Source: Podarcis pityusensis
Taxonomy: Eukaryota
Direction: 5' to 3' (one strand)
Assembly: GCA_964106645.2 (NCBI GenBank)
Contig: OZ067048.1
Length of the DNA: 64,000 nucleotides
Part shown: positions 13,788 to 26,675 of the stretch, in pieces
Layout of the letters: each line of letters starts with the position of its first letter
Numbering within the stretch: the stretch's first letter is position 1
Notes under the pieces: generated by a model
Databases searched by the model: none
Seen by the model: the letters and a program-made list of their open reading frames with translations, nothing else
What the model was told of the DNA's origin: nothing
Made by a program: the position numbers and the translations under genes

Positions 13788-14390
13788 TTGTGGGTTGTGA
13801 ATCGAGGACCCGCCACCCGCTTGGAGATAAATAAGACACAAGGACACATGTATTTTAGGTTAATGGGCTAAATAAGGCCACTACTTTATTGGTTACAGCA
13901 TGTGAGTGGTATTGGCTTAGGCATTGGATGAAACGATATCTACATGACTCGACCCTGCTCTGCAGGAGTCATTAGTGGGTTAACAACTAGTGGGAGGAGC
14001 TTGTTGATGCAAATACAACTGGAAGCTTCCCCTGACATCACCGGGGATTATGCCATGGCCCTAGCCACCAGCAGGGCATCAGACAGGATCCATGACCACC
14101 AGATCCCTTTAAAGTAATACCCAAAAGGGAAGGGGTAGGTGCTGGCCACAACCTGCCCTCAAACAATACCACACATATTCCAATGCCTAACCTCCTGGGA
14201 CCAAATGAGTGGGCAGTGCCACTGCCACCGCTAGAGTGCAGCTAAACCCCACCCCCAGGCCAGACCGATTGGCTGGCTGCAGGGAGTGCAGCATGGCGGT
14301 CAGGTAACAGAAGCAGGGAGCAGGAACGCCCCCTGTATATGCGGGAACCGGCTCCCGCTCACAACCCCTCCCCTCTAATTGCAATGGTGG
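13788..14390 (-). mobile_element. LTR-like solo unit, copy 1 (possible Ngaro/DIRS-type repeat)
   Basis: Reverse strand aligns with 35956-36763: cagccaatc..gggg(t/c)gggg, ccaatgcctaagccaataccactc, aataaagtagtggcc, cccattaacctaaaata; ends cccacaa. Confidence 0.75.
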
Positions 14391-14535
14391 CCACCTGGCG
14401 CTCAACAAAAGATCATAGCTGCTGCCACTGCCACTGCTACTACTACTACTTCTATTGTTTTCCTCTTCCAGCATGCCCTGCTGACTCCTCACATCTGGTA
14501 GGAACCTGGAGCCAGCCCTGATGAGGTGACTGCAA

Positions 14536-14585
14536 TTATTCTTATTCTTATTCTTATTCTTATTCTTATTCTTATTCTTATTCTT
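14536..14585. repeat. (TTATTC)n microsatellite
   Basis: About 8 hexamer units. Confidence 0.95.
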
Positions 14586-15428
14586 CCCAAAGATGAAAAT
14601 GCAGTTGTGCAAATTGTCTCTTTGTGGAGGATAGAGGAGCTGTATTAAATGTGGTTTCTTTTTTTAAAAGAGCTTCATCAGGGTGTGCAGAAATTGATAG
14701 AGGAGCTGTGCTAGAAGCCAGGGAATTTCTGTTAAGCACAGATTGAAATTCCTTGTCTGATCAGTGTGAATAAGCTGCACTGGCAAAGGCAACAGCAAAA
14801 AAAAACAACAGGGGAAAAACCAAAAATCAAGTTTCAGAAATACATGTCAAATATATGTACATCATGGATGATAGATGATAAACAGCTTGTTTTCTAACAC
14901 TAAAATAGGGAAAAAAAGAGTAGAATAAGGGGAGGGAGAGAACACTGTTGTCGCTTACTTCCACAGCATGTAATCTGTGATAACCATGCACAGTAGGATA
15001 GTTAGTTCGCTACCACATGCAAAGCAGAAAGCAGATGGTATAGCTGATATAGATCACAGGAACGTAAGTGACTGTCAGTGTGCCTGTCTCTGTATGTTCG
15101 TGTGTAAATCAGCAAGGAGTTTGACATTGACATACTCCATCAAGTCTCGTTTATAAAGAACAAGTAGTGCAACATTCTGTGCATCTGGCAACATAACTCA
15201 TGCTGTCAATCTGTGGATACTGCTGACATTGTACCGTTAGCATCACTTCCATCTGTGTTGTTTATATAGGGCTACTTTTACTTACGCTTCGTGAATTGGT
15301 AGTAGATGGAGAAGGGCTAAAGGACCCTGAAACATTTGCAGGGAAAGTTACCCAAAGTTATATAACACACGGCAAAGTGGCTTCTGGACCCTGTTCCTCA
15401 TGTCTGCTCAAACCCAAACACTTATATT

Positions 15429-15579
15429 CAGGTTTTTTTCTAAAAAAAATTAAAATGTTTAGAGGTACTCTCGTTTTCCTACTCATATTGAAATACTGCC
15501 CCCAATGAGGCCAAACTTAGATTCACAAAGTGTTTAGGGGTATGCGTACCCCTGCGTCCCACCAGGAAAAAAAGCACTG
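15429..15579. mobile_element. hAT-type MITE with 8-bp TSD
   Basis: Perfect TSD CTTATATT (15421-15428, 15580-15587); termini CAGGTTTTTTTC / GAAAAAAAGCACTG; partial second copy at 60144-60204. Confidence 0.85.
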
Positions 15580-16309
15580 CTTATATTATAGTATATATAA
15601 CTATAGGCAGGCAGGCAGAGGAGAGAAAGATGGAGATGAAAGGCTGCTGTCTTAAAATGTTACTTTTAGCCGTTCAGCACCTTTTCAGTTCCATTTGTCA
15701 GCCATAGATATCTTGGTGCTTGAATGAAGTGTAGCTCAGGTGGGCTGGCAAATGGTCCGTGATTGTCCTCTTGTATAAAGCACCATGCACACCGATCATG
15801 CAATCAATCAATCAATCAATATTTATTTCTGCCTGCAGTGATACATTGGGAAAGCAGTAGAGTGCACAGGCTGCTTGCAAATATTTCCAAGAGGCTTGCT
15901 TGGGGCACAGTTGTGAACTGCAAACGTCATCATCTCAGTGGTTTCATGCTTTAGCATTCTTCTTTCATTTCCTCACCACTGTCCCATTAATAGTTTACTG
16001 TGTGCTCCAGTTTATATAGTAAGCGTTCATTCCAGACTGCCACTGATGCCAGAGCGAAATTAGCAAGCGGTGTCTTTGCAGTATTGATGGCTGCTGGTTA
16101 CACCATCTATCTTTTACATAAGAAACCAAAACACATTGCTATATAGAGAGTTGGGATTTAGTGTTGTGCCCTATCAGGTCCTACACTAAATTCTAGCCAA
16201 ATTCAAAGTGATGGATTTGTCTTATCTTTGATTATTCCCAGGCATGCCCACCCATCCCTTGGCATTTACGATCTTTTGAGGTGACATTGCCGCAGATTCC
16301 ATCATATAT

Positions 16310-16580
16310 TAGAAGCAGATTAGCCTCCACAAGGAGCAGGGCTTTTGCTGTGGCAGCCGCAGTGAACTGAAACCTGAGAGAGTTTGTTTTAGCCTCCTCT
16401 TTGCTCCAAAAGAATTGGAGATCCTCCTTTTTCTGAGGTTTTATTTATTCATTTAAGACTGCTTTTGTTTCACTGTGCTGATTTTACTGCTATTTTAATG
16501 GGATTGCAGCTTTTATTGATATGATTTGTTTCATTTTATTGGATGACACTGTTCTTATGTTTTACTCCATAAACCATGTG
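16310..16580 (+). mobile_element. Decayed L2 3' fragment
   Basis: gattagcctccacaaggagcagggcttttgctgtggcagc encodes RLASTRSRAFAVAA, matching the L2 ORF C-terminus at ~46070; followed by a T-rich UTR. Confidence 0.65.
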
Positions 16581-19500
16581 GCTATTTCATGAGTGGAATC
16601 ATCACCATCTGTTCCACCTTGTTTCTGGACACTTTTTTTGGATTCTAATCAGTAGCGGACAGTGTGGTGCAACACTGCCACTCACCTGACCTCTGGTTGG
16701 TTGCATTACTGTTGCTTACTAGGGGGTAGACTATGTTCCAAGTCAGCTTGTTCCCACACATGAAGCATGTTTCAACACCAAAACGTGACCAACGGGGAGA
16801 GAAAATGGGAAGGTAACATGGATTTGCAAGGCAACTGACAGCTTAGAATTTCCAATAGTGTACAAATCTGAGCAGGGACAGAACCAGTTTCAAAGAACTA
16901 TGCACAGGCTTCTTATTTAGCATTGTATAACACTTACCTCATCATTTTCTGTTCCACATTCAAGCATGCTTTTCAAGAGACCCCTTCCTCTGACACATGA
17001 CCATATTCAGTCATGCCCCACATATGTTTTCACATATAAAACGAGTGGGCTGTGGGAAGAGGAAGGAAGGAAGGCAAAACAGTGTTATCAAACAATTGCG
17101 TGGTAAGCTAATGAAGTTTTGATCTGAGTTGTATATGCTGGTGCATATGCACATGAGTTGAGGGTTCCTTTATCAGAATAACAGTGCAATCTTATACACA
17201 AAAGTAAGTCCTGCTTACTCATCCTTAGGTTTGTTACAATTTAAAGTAGCATTTGTTTTTATTTCACTTCTGAGGCTTAAATAATACTTTGCCATGCAAC
17301 ATGTAAGAAAGGCACAATGGTTTGCTATTATGGAAAATCAACAGGGGGGTGCTCAGCCATTTCCCAACCCACAACTTGATTTGCATAATTGACAAAATTG
17401 TATAATATGGAAATTAACCTGTCTAGATTTGCAGAGCTGGAATATGGCAAATTTAGGCAGAAAGAAGAGTGTGTGTCCTATCCATTTTACTGCTACATGA
17501 AAGGATCATCCAGGCTAGGTAGATGTCTGAACATATTCTTCTTCACCTTTGAGCAAACCACCACCACTCAGGTAAAAAAATGGTGGCATTCCAGCCCCAT
17601 CTTCCCTATTTGACTCATGATCTGTAACGCAGTTTGCTAACCAAATCCAATATGATGCATTCAACACAGCAAGCTTCATGTGTGTAGATTTTACTATCAA
17701 AATGAGGTTTCACCCATTCATAATGTTTTCACCCCGAGCTCCCACTGTGTTGAAGCAAGTGACATGATTGACTTAACTTTCCTCCTGGCTGTCAGGTATC
17801 GCCCCAGGCAGAATTCTAATTTTCTCGGATTTCTTCATTTAGAGATTATTCCACTTCACCTATTTACAGCACCATTCCACAGCAAACACAACCCTCAGTC
17901 TGACTGCGATGGTGTAATGACGGCGTTTCACCTACATTTGTTGAACCGCATGCTGAGCAGTCTCTTGTCTTCAGCTCACAGCTGTGTTATCCACATCCAA
18001 ACAGAGAGGTAACTAAAATCTTTCTGTCACGCAGCTTGCTCCATTCTTGCATCCAAGATGGGGAGAGTGATGTTGTGCTTGTGTGAAGCTTGCGGGGAGT
18101 TCTAGAATAATTTGATTGGCAACGTAGAGAAGAGAATGGTGGACTAGATCAGCCGTTGCTCTGATCCAGGAGAGCACTCATTATGTTCTTGTGAAGAAGT
18201 TTTTAAAAATCCCTAGAAGCCTTTAGTGTGCAAAAGGCCATCCTTAGGCATCTATTAGAAATAACTGAGGCCATGGTCCAAGGAGTTCTTTACACATGTG
18301 GGAAGAAACAACTGTGTTGCATTCTTTACTGCATTGCTGAAGGGTCAAGTTGCTCCTTATATCAATTTGGGAAGCAATTTAACCAGCTCCCTTTTGTATG
18401 TCAGTGAATAAATACTTGTGGCCATGTTAGTTCACGTATCTTGTATTACCTTTTTTAAAAGAGGAAATGCACAGCTTCAGCTCTTTACTGGTGTCCTTTT
18501 GAAATATTTGGAGATCTCTCCTTCCACGAATCAGAAGGAAGGAGAATAATAACAAAGATTCTGTGATTCATAATCATCATGACCATTGTTTTCAAAAATG
18601 TGTATATTAGGTGAAACTGCTTACAGTAATGCGTTTATAAGTAGAATTTTATACTAAAATCTGATGGATTTTCATGAGGATATTTTGATTTTAAAAGTTT
18701 GCAAGTTGGTGCTAAAATGTGGACAACAGAATTTAAGATTGCAGAAATGAGAAACTGGGAACTGAAATTGATAGCTCCTAGTGGCTTTGGCCACATTTTG
18801 GCACTGAACTCCTGTCCCCACTGGAATGTGGTCTCTAGAGAGTTGAGCAAGGGTGAACACAGCCCCAGGGCTTGGAGGGGAAAGGTTCAGCACACCTGCC
18901 ATGTAATGTGCATAAAATGCTATGTTTGTATGCATTGTGTATGAAACTTAATGAAGGTTTTCATTTGACCTGCAGCATGTGCAAAAGATGTTAAGCTGCA
19001 AAAAGAGGGTGGAATGTTTGTTTCAATGTTATGCTAATTAATTGGCTCATTCCTGAGAGTCTGGGTCTCGCTCAAAAGTTGCCAGCATACTGAGGAAGCA
19101 ACTTGTTTATCTGAATCTCTCTCTGGGACCAGAGAGTTCCTGGACTATACTGACAAGTAAAAACTTAAGGAAAACTGAATTGCATTACTGGTTGTTTAAG
19201 AGCAATGTGTTGATTTGTGTTTACAACAGGTTTCTTTGTAACAAGTTTAAGGATAATTTGCAGTAAAACTTTGAAAATCTTTCTTGGCATGAAGAGCTTA
19301 GTGATTCGTAGTGATTCATATTGAGCAGAATACTGCTCAAAGTCCAGATCAGGGAATTCCACTCACATAACATGCAGTATGGGGGATGTCATGAGGTTTC
19401 ATGGGAAAGATAGCTTCTGAGAAGCGATGGAAGGAAAGAAGAGAAATGGCATTCAGGGAGGCATTTTCAGGTATAACGATAATCACAAGAGAAAGCAGAT

Positions 19501-21677
19501 GTCTGAGAGAGCCTTGGACAAGGTTGTTGGAGCATGAGGAGTCAAGTTTGCATGCCTGTTCCCAGTGATTCCCACTGATGTGGGTTGCCCAGGAGGAAAC
19601 AGGGCAAACTATAGCAACTGCATGGTTCCTTCATATGCATATAAATAAAACTAAATTAGAGAACTACCAGCCTGTAAAGAAAACATGAGAAAGGGCATGA
19701 CAAGGTGAGAACACAATTTGTTATCAGTGATTGCTGAAAGTGTCATGAAGGCCTGCTTTCTAGGAAGATGGAATGAGTGCATCAGAGATGCTGCAATAGC
19801 ATGTCGCTGAGTGTTGTGTCTTCTCATAACTCAGGAGGCACATTGTCACTTCTTAAGCTGCCTGCCATATTTTCATCCACCTTCCCTTCTTCATTCCATC
19901 AATCGTTGCTGTGAACCCTAAAAACCAAACCTGGCAATGCTGCAGGAATTATTTTGCTGGGTGGGGGAGGGAGAGAGCACTCGCAAAAGACATTTACACT
20001 TAACTAGATCTGGAATGTGCATAACTGTTATCATTTACTTTAGTTATTCATTTAGATTCTAACATATGGTTCCCTCTGGGGGGAAGAAAAGTAATGAACG
20101 CCAGGCCCCAAAACAGGAGACCAGTGGAGATAAACACAAGGTTTTAACTAGAGTACGTAGCACTTAGATAGTGGAACTGAAAGGCTGCAGACAAGCTGGT
20201 GAGTTACATGGCACGAAGCTTTTAGGTTCCCTGTGGCTTCACACTATTCCCTTCCTACTTCACAATTATGAGGTTATGATTGCAACTGGAAACAAAGAAC
20301 CAGTATGGCTTTGTAAATGGTTCGTGGGTTTTTTCCCCCCTTATCATTTGTTAATCTAGATACACCTAAGTGCCTGTGAATACTGTGCATTCCCTGTAGA
20401 AGCAGGTCATTAGTTCACTTACTATATGTTTTGTAACAGCAATCCACCCCCTCCTCCATTTGTTTAAAAGCCTCTGAAAAGAACAATGATGGACAGACCT
20501 TTCAAGACTTTTAGCATGTTTTCTACTTTAAAAACTAAATTTGCACTGTTATAGAATTCCTAGGTCCCTCCCCCCAAAGCACCAAGCAGTGCAAGATTCT
20601 CTTGACCATTTTGCTGTAAAGAAAAGTCTGGTGCTTGCTTTATTTCATCATCATTTACAGTGATCTAAGTGCTTTTAACCCTGTCAATTACCTGCACGCT
20701 GCCATCCACATGGTCCTTTGAAGACTGCCCACATCTCACCTTAAATGAGTCTCCTAAGTAGTTCTAGTGGGGAGTTATTAGAGATGGATGAAGCCATCTC
20801 TTTCAAGTCTGTATCACTTTTGCTGGCTTTTACCCATATAATTCCATCACTTCCAAGGATTTTTTTTTAATCTCAAAATATGGGTGATGGGAGTTGCCCT
20901 TCCTCTCCCCCCCCACAGCCCCTGTGCCTCCCAAATCTGCCCCAGAGAGCCCCCAGCCCTCCAAAGCTGATTTGGTATCCATGCAAGGAGCCGTGAAAGG
21001 GAAGAGAGAAAGGACAAGTTACTCTGCATGAGCAGAAGCCCATTCCGTTCACAGCTGGACACAACTGGATGTCACCCTAAAAATCCACATGCATATTTAC
21101 ATATTTGGAAAGAACACACATGCACAAATTTTTATACATGTTTTATCTGATAATAGTTATTTGCTTGTTTTGTACCCTGTCCTTACTCCCAAAGGAGCCA
21201 AAGGGTGGCAAACACACAAATGATAAAATAATCAGAACAGCTAAGAAGTGGAACGACGTCATCAGATAAGCTATTCCTATATATGGACATGCACATAAAC
21301 ACCCCACTACACACAAACACACCCAAAAACTAATAAGGAAAGAAACGGAGTTTTAAAAATAGCATGGGAATGAAGGGGGAGTTGTAGCACATGAGAAGTG
21401 ACATTACAGGAACTGTCCAATAAGTGCCACTGGTGTGATGCTAGTGTACCCACTTAGCTACAGGGCACAGACAAATGGAATGCACTTTCTTGGAGATCAG
21501 GGTAATCACATTTTTTTCCAGTAGCAGAAAACAGCAAAATTAATGCTGTGAAAATTTCCATGCTACTGAAACATTAGCAAAGAAACTTGGCAATCGTTGC
21601 ATTTTTCTTTTTTAAATCATTTGGAAACATTGCTAGAAAAGTTGTTTAACACCTTTATGTTCTACATCAGTGACTTT

Positions 21678-21733
<56 letters not shown>
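21678..21733. repeat. Compound (GT)n(GA)n microsatellite
   Basis: Direct inspection. Confidence 0.95.
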
Positions 21734-21736
<3 letters not shown>

Positions 21737-22274
21737 TATGAGTATCAGCCACTTCTCTTCCACCCACTCATGCTTCCTTCCTACTACCCAATTGTTCCAA
21801 AATATATTGTCAGCAGACCCTTCCTGAATGTGTGAGTCATTATGTCTTGAAGTCCTATGAACTAATCTTGTTTATTTTGCCCTCACAGTGTTCCATCCGA
21901 TTCCTGTTCATCAATGAAGGGCCCTGCAGCACATTACTAGTCCTGTTGTTTAATGTAATTCGATCAATCAGGTAAAACAAAAGTTGCAAATTCCGTTTCA
22001 TGCGGTATTTCTTCATTACAGTCTGTCAAAAAAGGGTTATATTTACTGACCGATTTCCTAGTACTCTTTTATATTGTAGCCATTTAATTGCTTTGCTTTA
22101 ATAGGTTTTGTAACTTTTTATAAGCTAACTCTGAAACCTGTTTAAGGACAGAGTATTCACATTAATAATAATAACAATGTTAGATAATTTGTAGAACGAA
22201 ATAGTGGTTGGCAGGTCACAATACTGCAGTGACAAGTTACATGCGGGCGAATTCCCCTGGCAGGTTCCAGGGCA

Positions 22275-22400
22275 GCTGTGGAAAACTTTTGTGCCTCCAG
22301 ATGTTCCTGAACTATAACTCCATGATCCCAGGCCATTGATGATACCTTCTGGGACTTCTGGGAGTTGTAGTTCAGCAACATCTGGAGGGACAAATGTTCC
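22275..22400. mobile_element. Palindromic hAT-like MITE
   Basis: cctccagatgttcctgaactataactcc ... ggagttgtagttcagcaacatctggagg inverted arms; decayed relatives near 8855-8960, 31100-31165 and 38860-38965. Confidence 0.7.
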
Positions 22401-22556
22401 TTGCATCTGTTGTTGAGAAGGGGCAGCAGACATTTTGCCTCCCTCTTCTGCTTAGAATGAAAGGGGTGGTGGGTGTCAAATTGTAGCATCCAATGAAATG
22501 TCAATATTTTCTAGCCCTTCTTGATGTAGGTGAAGCCAGGAATTGAGCAGGAATCA

Positions 22557-22985
22557 TGTTGTTGTTTTTAGTTCTTTAGTTGTGTCCAACTCTTCGTGAC
22601 CCCATGGACCAGAGCACGCCAGGAACTCCTGTCTTCCACTGCCTCCTGCAGTTTGGTCAGACTCATGTTTGTAGCTTCGAGAACACTGTCCAACCATCTC
22701 GTCCTCTGTCGTCCCCTTCTCCTTGTGTCCTCCATCTTTCCAAACATCAGGGTCTTTTCCAGGGAGTCTTCTCTTCTCATGAGGTGGCCAAAGTATTGGA
22801 GCCTCAGCTTCATGATCTGTCCTTCCAGTGAGCACTCAGGGCTGATTTCCTGAAGAATGGATATGTTTGATCTTCTTGCAGTCCATGGGACTCTCAAGAG
22901 TCTCCTCCAGCACCATAATTCAAAAGCATCAATTCTTCGGTGATCAGCCTTCTTTATGGTCCAGCTCTCACTTCCATACATTATA
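22557..22985 (-). mobile_element. Bov-B (RTE) LINE, 5'-truncated 3' end
   Basis: ORF reads MYGSESWTIKKADHRRIDAFELWCWRRLLRVPWTARRSN..YFGHLMRREDSLEKTLM..GRQRTRWLD..HGVTKSWT, the Bov-B RT C-terminus; (CAA)n tail. Confidence 0.95.
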
Positions 22986-23116
22986 GACTCATATAATTTA
23001 GTGTATTTTAATGACAAGAGCTTCACTTTAAAAGGATGTATGTCCTAAAAAAAAAGACTCCCACCACAAGAGTTATTGCAGACAGAGCTTGAAACAGATT
23101 CATCCCCAGCAGCTAC

Positions 23117-23602
23117 CATAGAATTGTAGAGTTGTAAGGGACCCAAAGGGTCATCTAGTACAACCCCCCGTTATGCAGGAATTTCAGCTAAAGCATTCGT
23201 GACCGATGGCCATCCAACCTATGCTAAAAAACTTCCAGTGAAGAAGAGTTCCCAATCTCCCGAGGGACACTGTTCCAATGTTGAACAGCCCTTACTGTCA
23301 GAAAGTTCTTCCTGATGTTTAGTCAGAATCTTCTTTCTTGTAACTTGAAGCCATTGGTTTGAGTCCTACCCTCCAGAGCAGGACAAAACAAGCTTGCTCC
23401 ATCTTCCCTCTGACATCCCTTTAGATATTTAAACATGGCTACCATATCTCCTTTCAGTCTCCTCTTTTCCCAGCGAAACATACCCAGCTCCTTCAAGTGA
23501 TCTTCGTAAGGCTTAGTTTCCAGACCCTTGATCATCTTGGTTGCCCTCCTCTGCACACGTTCCAGCTTGTCAATATCCTTCTTAAATTGTGGCACCCAGA
23601 AC
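23117..23602 (-). mobile_element. CR1 LINE, 5'-truncated 3' end
   Basis: ORF FWVPQFKKDIDKLERVQRRATKMIKGLE..LKELGMF..EKRRLKGD..FKYLKG is the CR1 RT C-terminus; 3'UTR ending (ATTCT)-type tail. Confidence 0.95.
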
Positions 23603-24761
23603 AACTGCTACTACCAATGATATGGGGGGAATGTATAGTTCGCCCACGTTAGCACAATGCCCCGGAGCAGGTAGACAATTGTTTGTGCTTTGACCTTTAT
23701 GCTTTGGGCTGATCACTACTTCCAATTATTTATTATTATCAATAGTCCTACATAATGCAGATTTGGGGGGGGGGGGAGGAACAAAGCTATTCTTTTTAAA
23801 AAAATATTTAAAGAAAATAAGGTGGAAATGTTATGTGAACTACACATTGGGTTGTGTTAGACTAGCTACAATGTGAATATTAAGGTTTCAAGATTAATGT
23901 TGCATGCACAAAACTCAGTTTTTATCCCAGTTCAAAGAATCATGCATACTTAAAAATAAAATAAGAGTAGGACCCATAGTGCAGTTGCAGTAATAGTTCT
24001 TGGAGGTTGAATACTTTTACTTTCAGAGATTCAGTGCAGGGAAACTGGCAAATAACTCTCCACAATAACAGCTGAGGACACCGACAGTAACTTTTGGGGG
24101 AAAGAATAGGAACGATTTATTGAACGCGTCTTTCTTTTGATATAAACAAGAAAGGTCATGACTTTCTAACAAATATAGTGCTCTTGCTGGACATGATTTC
24201 AAAGATGGAGAGATTGCTAGGAAGTGAATATCTGGATAAGCTTTCTCTTCTTATCTGCAGGGATGTCGGAATACCAGAGCTTATACTTGACCCCTTTTTT
24301 TGCCCATTGTACTTCACACTTTTGATCTGATTCTGCCAAGGCACATTGCAATAACACTCTACAGTAAACAACGGAACCTGTCTGTCTTTACCCTTCTCCT
24401 CCTGCCCAGCCCTTCCCCCAGAGACATTCTCTTGAGAAGTGCTGTGGGGGCTTTCGTTTCCTTTGGCAATTCTTTGTGAGCTTATTTATAGAACAAGTTG
24501 CTATAAAAATAGCTCCTGAGTTGACGCATTGGTTGTTCTCTAGGGTGAGAGCTGACCTGTCCCTTCTTGCTGTGTTCTCTGCTGGCTGAAACAGGCTGAA
24601 CTTCCAAAAGGATTTGTGGGAATAGTCCACAACAACGTATAGGGCCAAGCGGCATTTCTGAACACAAAAAAAATCTCTTTCGTATATTCCATAGGACGGG
24701 ATTCGCTAATGGATCATAGCTTTCTCTGATGTGTACATCCACTGCTGAACATTTCCTACAA

Positions 24762-24914
24762 AGGAAGCTGCCTTATTCTGCATCAGACAATTGAGCCATC
24801 AACCTCAATATTGTCCACACTGAGTGGCAGTTGCTTCCCAGGGTTTCAGACAATCCCCTGCTGATGCCACATATTGAATCTGGGACCCTTTGAAAACAAG
24901 GCTACAGCCCTTCC
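24762..24914 (-). mobile_element. tRNA(Ala)-derived SINE with CR1-type tail, decayed
   Basis: aggaagctgccttattctgcatcagac..gggtttcagac..ttgaatctgggacc..gctacagccc; family members at 34941/37057 and 49290-49455. Confidence 0.6.
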
Positions 24915-25047
24915 TCTTGGTGGTGTTCTACAGAGTATTGACATCTAGCCACTCTCACAACTGATTACAAAGTGTATTCACACAACAGGCTTGTTCGTGT
25001 GCAGTGCAGCGAAATGCACACAAACTGCACTGATTCTGCTACATGAA

Positions 25048-25200
25048 TAGGGCTGGGTGATATATCGATATATTGTCCAAATCCAGTTTTAAGTCCATAG
25101 CATGATATTGGTTTCATCATTTTTGACCTGGCAATATATCACGAATCACGATGTGTAGGTGTGTGCGCACACACTATGCAAAAATCACGATGCAGGAAAA
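25048..25200 (+). mobile_element. One end of a hAT-Ac-like DNA transposon
   Basis: TAGGGCTGGGTGATATATCGATAT terminus with subterminal atcacga/gatat repeats; opposite end not seen. Confidence 0.5.
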
Positions 25201-25504
25201 ACTGCTATTTCAAATGTGAGGTGCAGGGGGAAGCTTGGAAAAGCTTGGTAGCTGCTGACTGATCATTTGAAGCTCACCTCCAGCTCATCGTTGATAGACC
25301 TGCTGAGAGAGAAGGAATAATCTACCCAAGAATGAAGGCAACTTTCATCTGGTTAGCAACTAACATTTACTTTTCCAGTGTTAGAGTTTTACTGACTATT
25401 GGTCCAAAGACGACGCTAGAAAAGTGAGGTCACCTTTAAAATTTAGCCCTTGTTTTGACACGGCCCTGGGAGCAAGCGCCTTGTATATTCTCATTAATTC
25501 AATT

Positions 25505-25612
25505 TCTAACTCACCTATCCTCCATGGATTATGAGAAATTTCAAGATGGTCTCTCTTATAGGCAGTGACCAGACCCAGACTGGTTTCGTTTCGTCGAGGT
25601 TATTGCATCATG
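25505..25612 (-). mobile_element. 5S rRNA-derived SINE remnant
   Basis: Reverse strand cagtctgggtctggtcactgcctataagagagacc ... tccatggaggataggtg, paralleling the copies at 13035 and 40120. Confidence 0.45.
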
Positions 25613-26384
25613 TTGTCAGTTCTTATATGTGAAACTATATTTCAGCAGTGTCAGGCTAATCAGTGATTTTTATCATGCTGTATAGCTCCACACGGTGGTT
25701 GTGTGGCTGCATGGGGAACTGTTCAATGGCAGCAGCTTACCATGTGAGTCAGACTCTTTTCTCAAAGCCACTACACATGGCTGAAAAAACTTTAAAAAAA
25801 AAACCTTTAGTAGTGTGTTCAAAGCCACCCGATTTGCATTGTAAATCGATGCACATGCTTTTGTCTCCCAAGACCAAGGAAATTGGTACTACAGATGGGG
25901 AATCAGATTATGGCCTGATCTGAACATCATGGTAAACCAAATTATGGTTTACTTGGATGGACTGCATGAATGAGTTGGATCCTAGAGAGCAGCTCACACC
26001 CTCTGTGCTTCTCCCCAGTCCCTTTAGTGCAATATGGTACAGTATCTAGGCCAAAGTTTGGCTCAGCATGCTATCCAACCCCAAGGTCATGATTAGACTC
26101 TTTCCTCCTTAACTCCAATCTGTAGTCAAGGCATTAGCCCAGGAGTTAGCAGGTCATTTTGCAGAAAGATTTGGAAAGATCAATTTCCCAAGCATCTTCT
26201 AGGGCACGATATTGCCAATTCATTACCCTGCTGTTAGCTACTGGGCTATGTTCAAGGTGCTGGATTTTTGTGAATAAAGCTCAATATAGCTTGGGACCAG
26301 GATACCCGAAAATGGTCTCATCTCTTTATAAACATAATTGATCACTGTGCTGCAGCTGAGAGCCTCCTGCAGATGCCATCAGGA

Positions 26385-26675
26385 GATCTGTCCTGCACAA
26401 TGTAGGAATTGGGTCTTTGGCATTGTGGCACCTACCACTTGGAATTCTCCCCTCTGGAATATAAGACAGCTGCTGTCACTATTGTCTTTTCAGTGACTAC
26501 TGAAGACCTTCCTCCTTTAACAAGACTTTAAAGTTGTTCTCTTTCCCAGTCTGTATATGGACTGGAATTGTTTTTATTATTAATATTACTATTTATTGTT
26601 TTATCACTTGTTGTCTGCTGCCCCTGGGCTCCTTTGGGAGGAAGGGTGGGATATAAAGGGAATAAATAAATAATC
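26385..26675 (+). mobile_element. L2 3' fragment (older subfamily)
   Basis: tttggcattgtggcacctaccacttggaattc (FGIVAPTTWNS) ... ctgaagaccttcctc (LKTFL), then gcccctgggctcc..gggtgggatataaa and (ATAA)n tail. Confidence 0.7.

Noticed and set aside
24388-24670. Minus-strand acceptor ttttttttgtgttcag followed by short ORFs, possibly spliced to a donor at ~25510
   Set aside because: No frame gives a recognisable protein, and the putative upstream exon is a 5S-SINE remnant.
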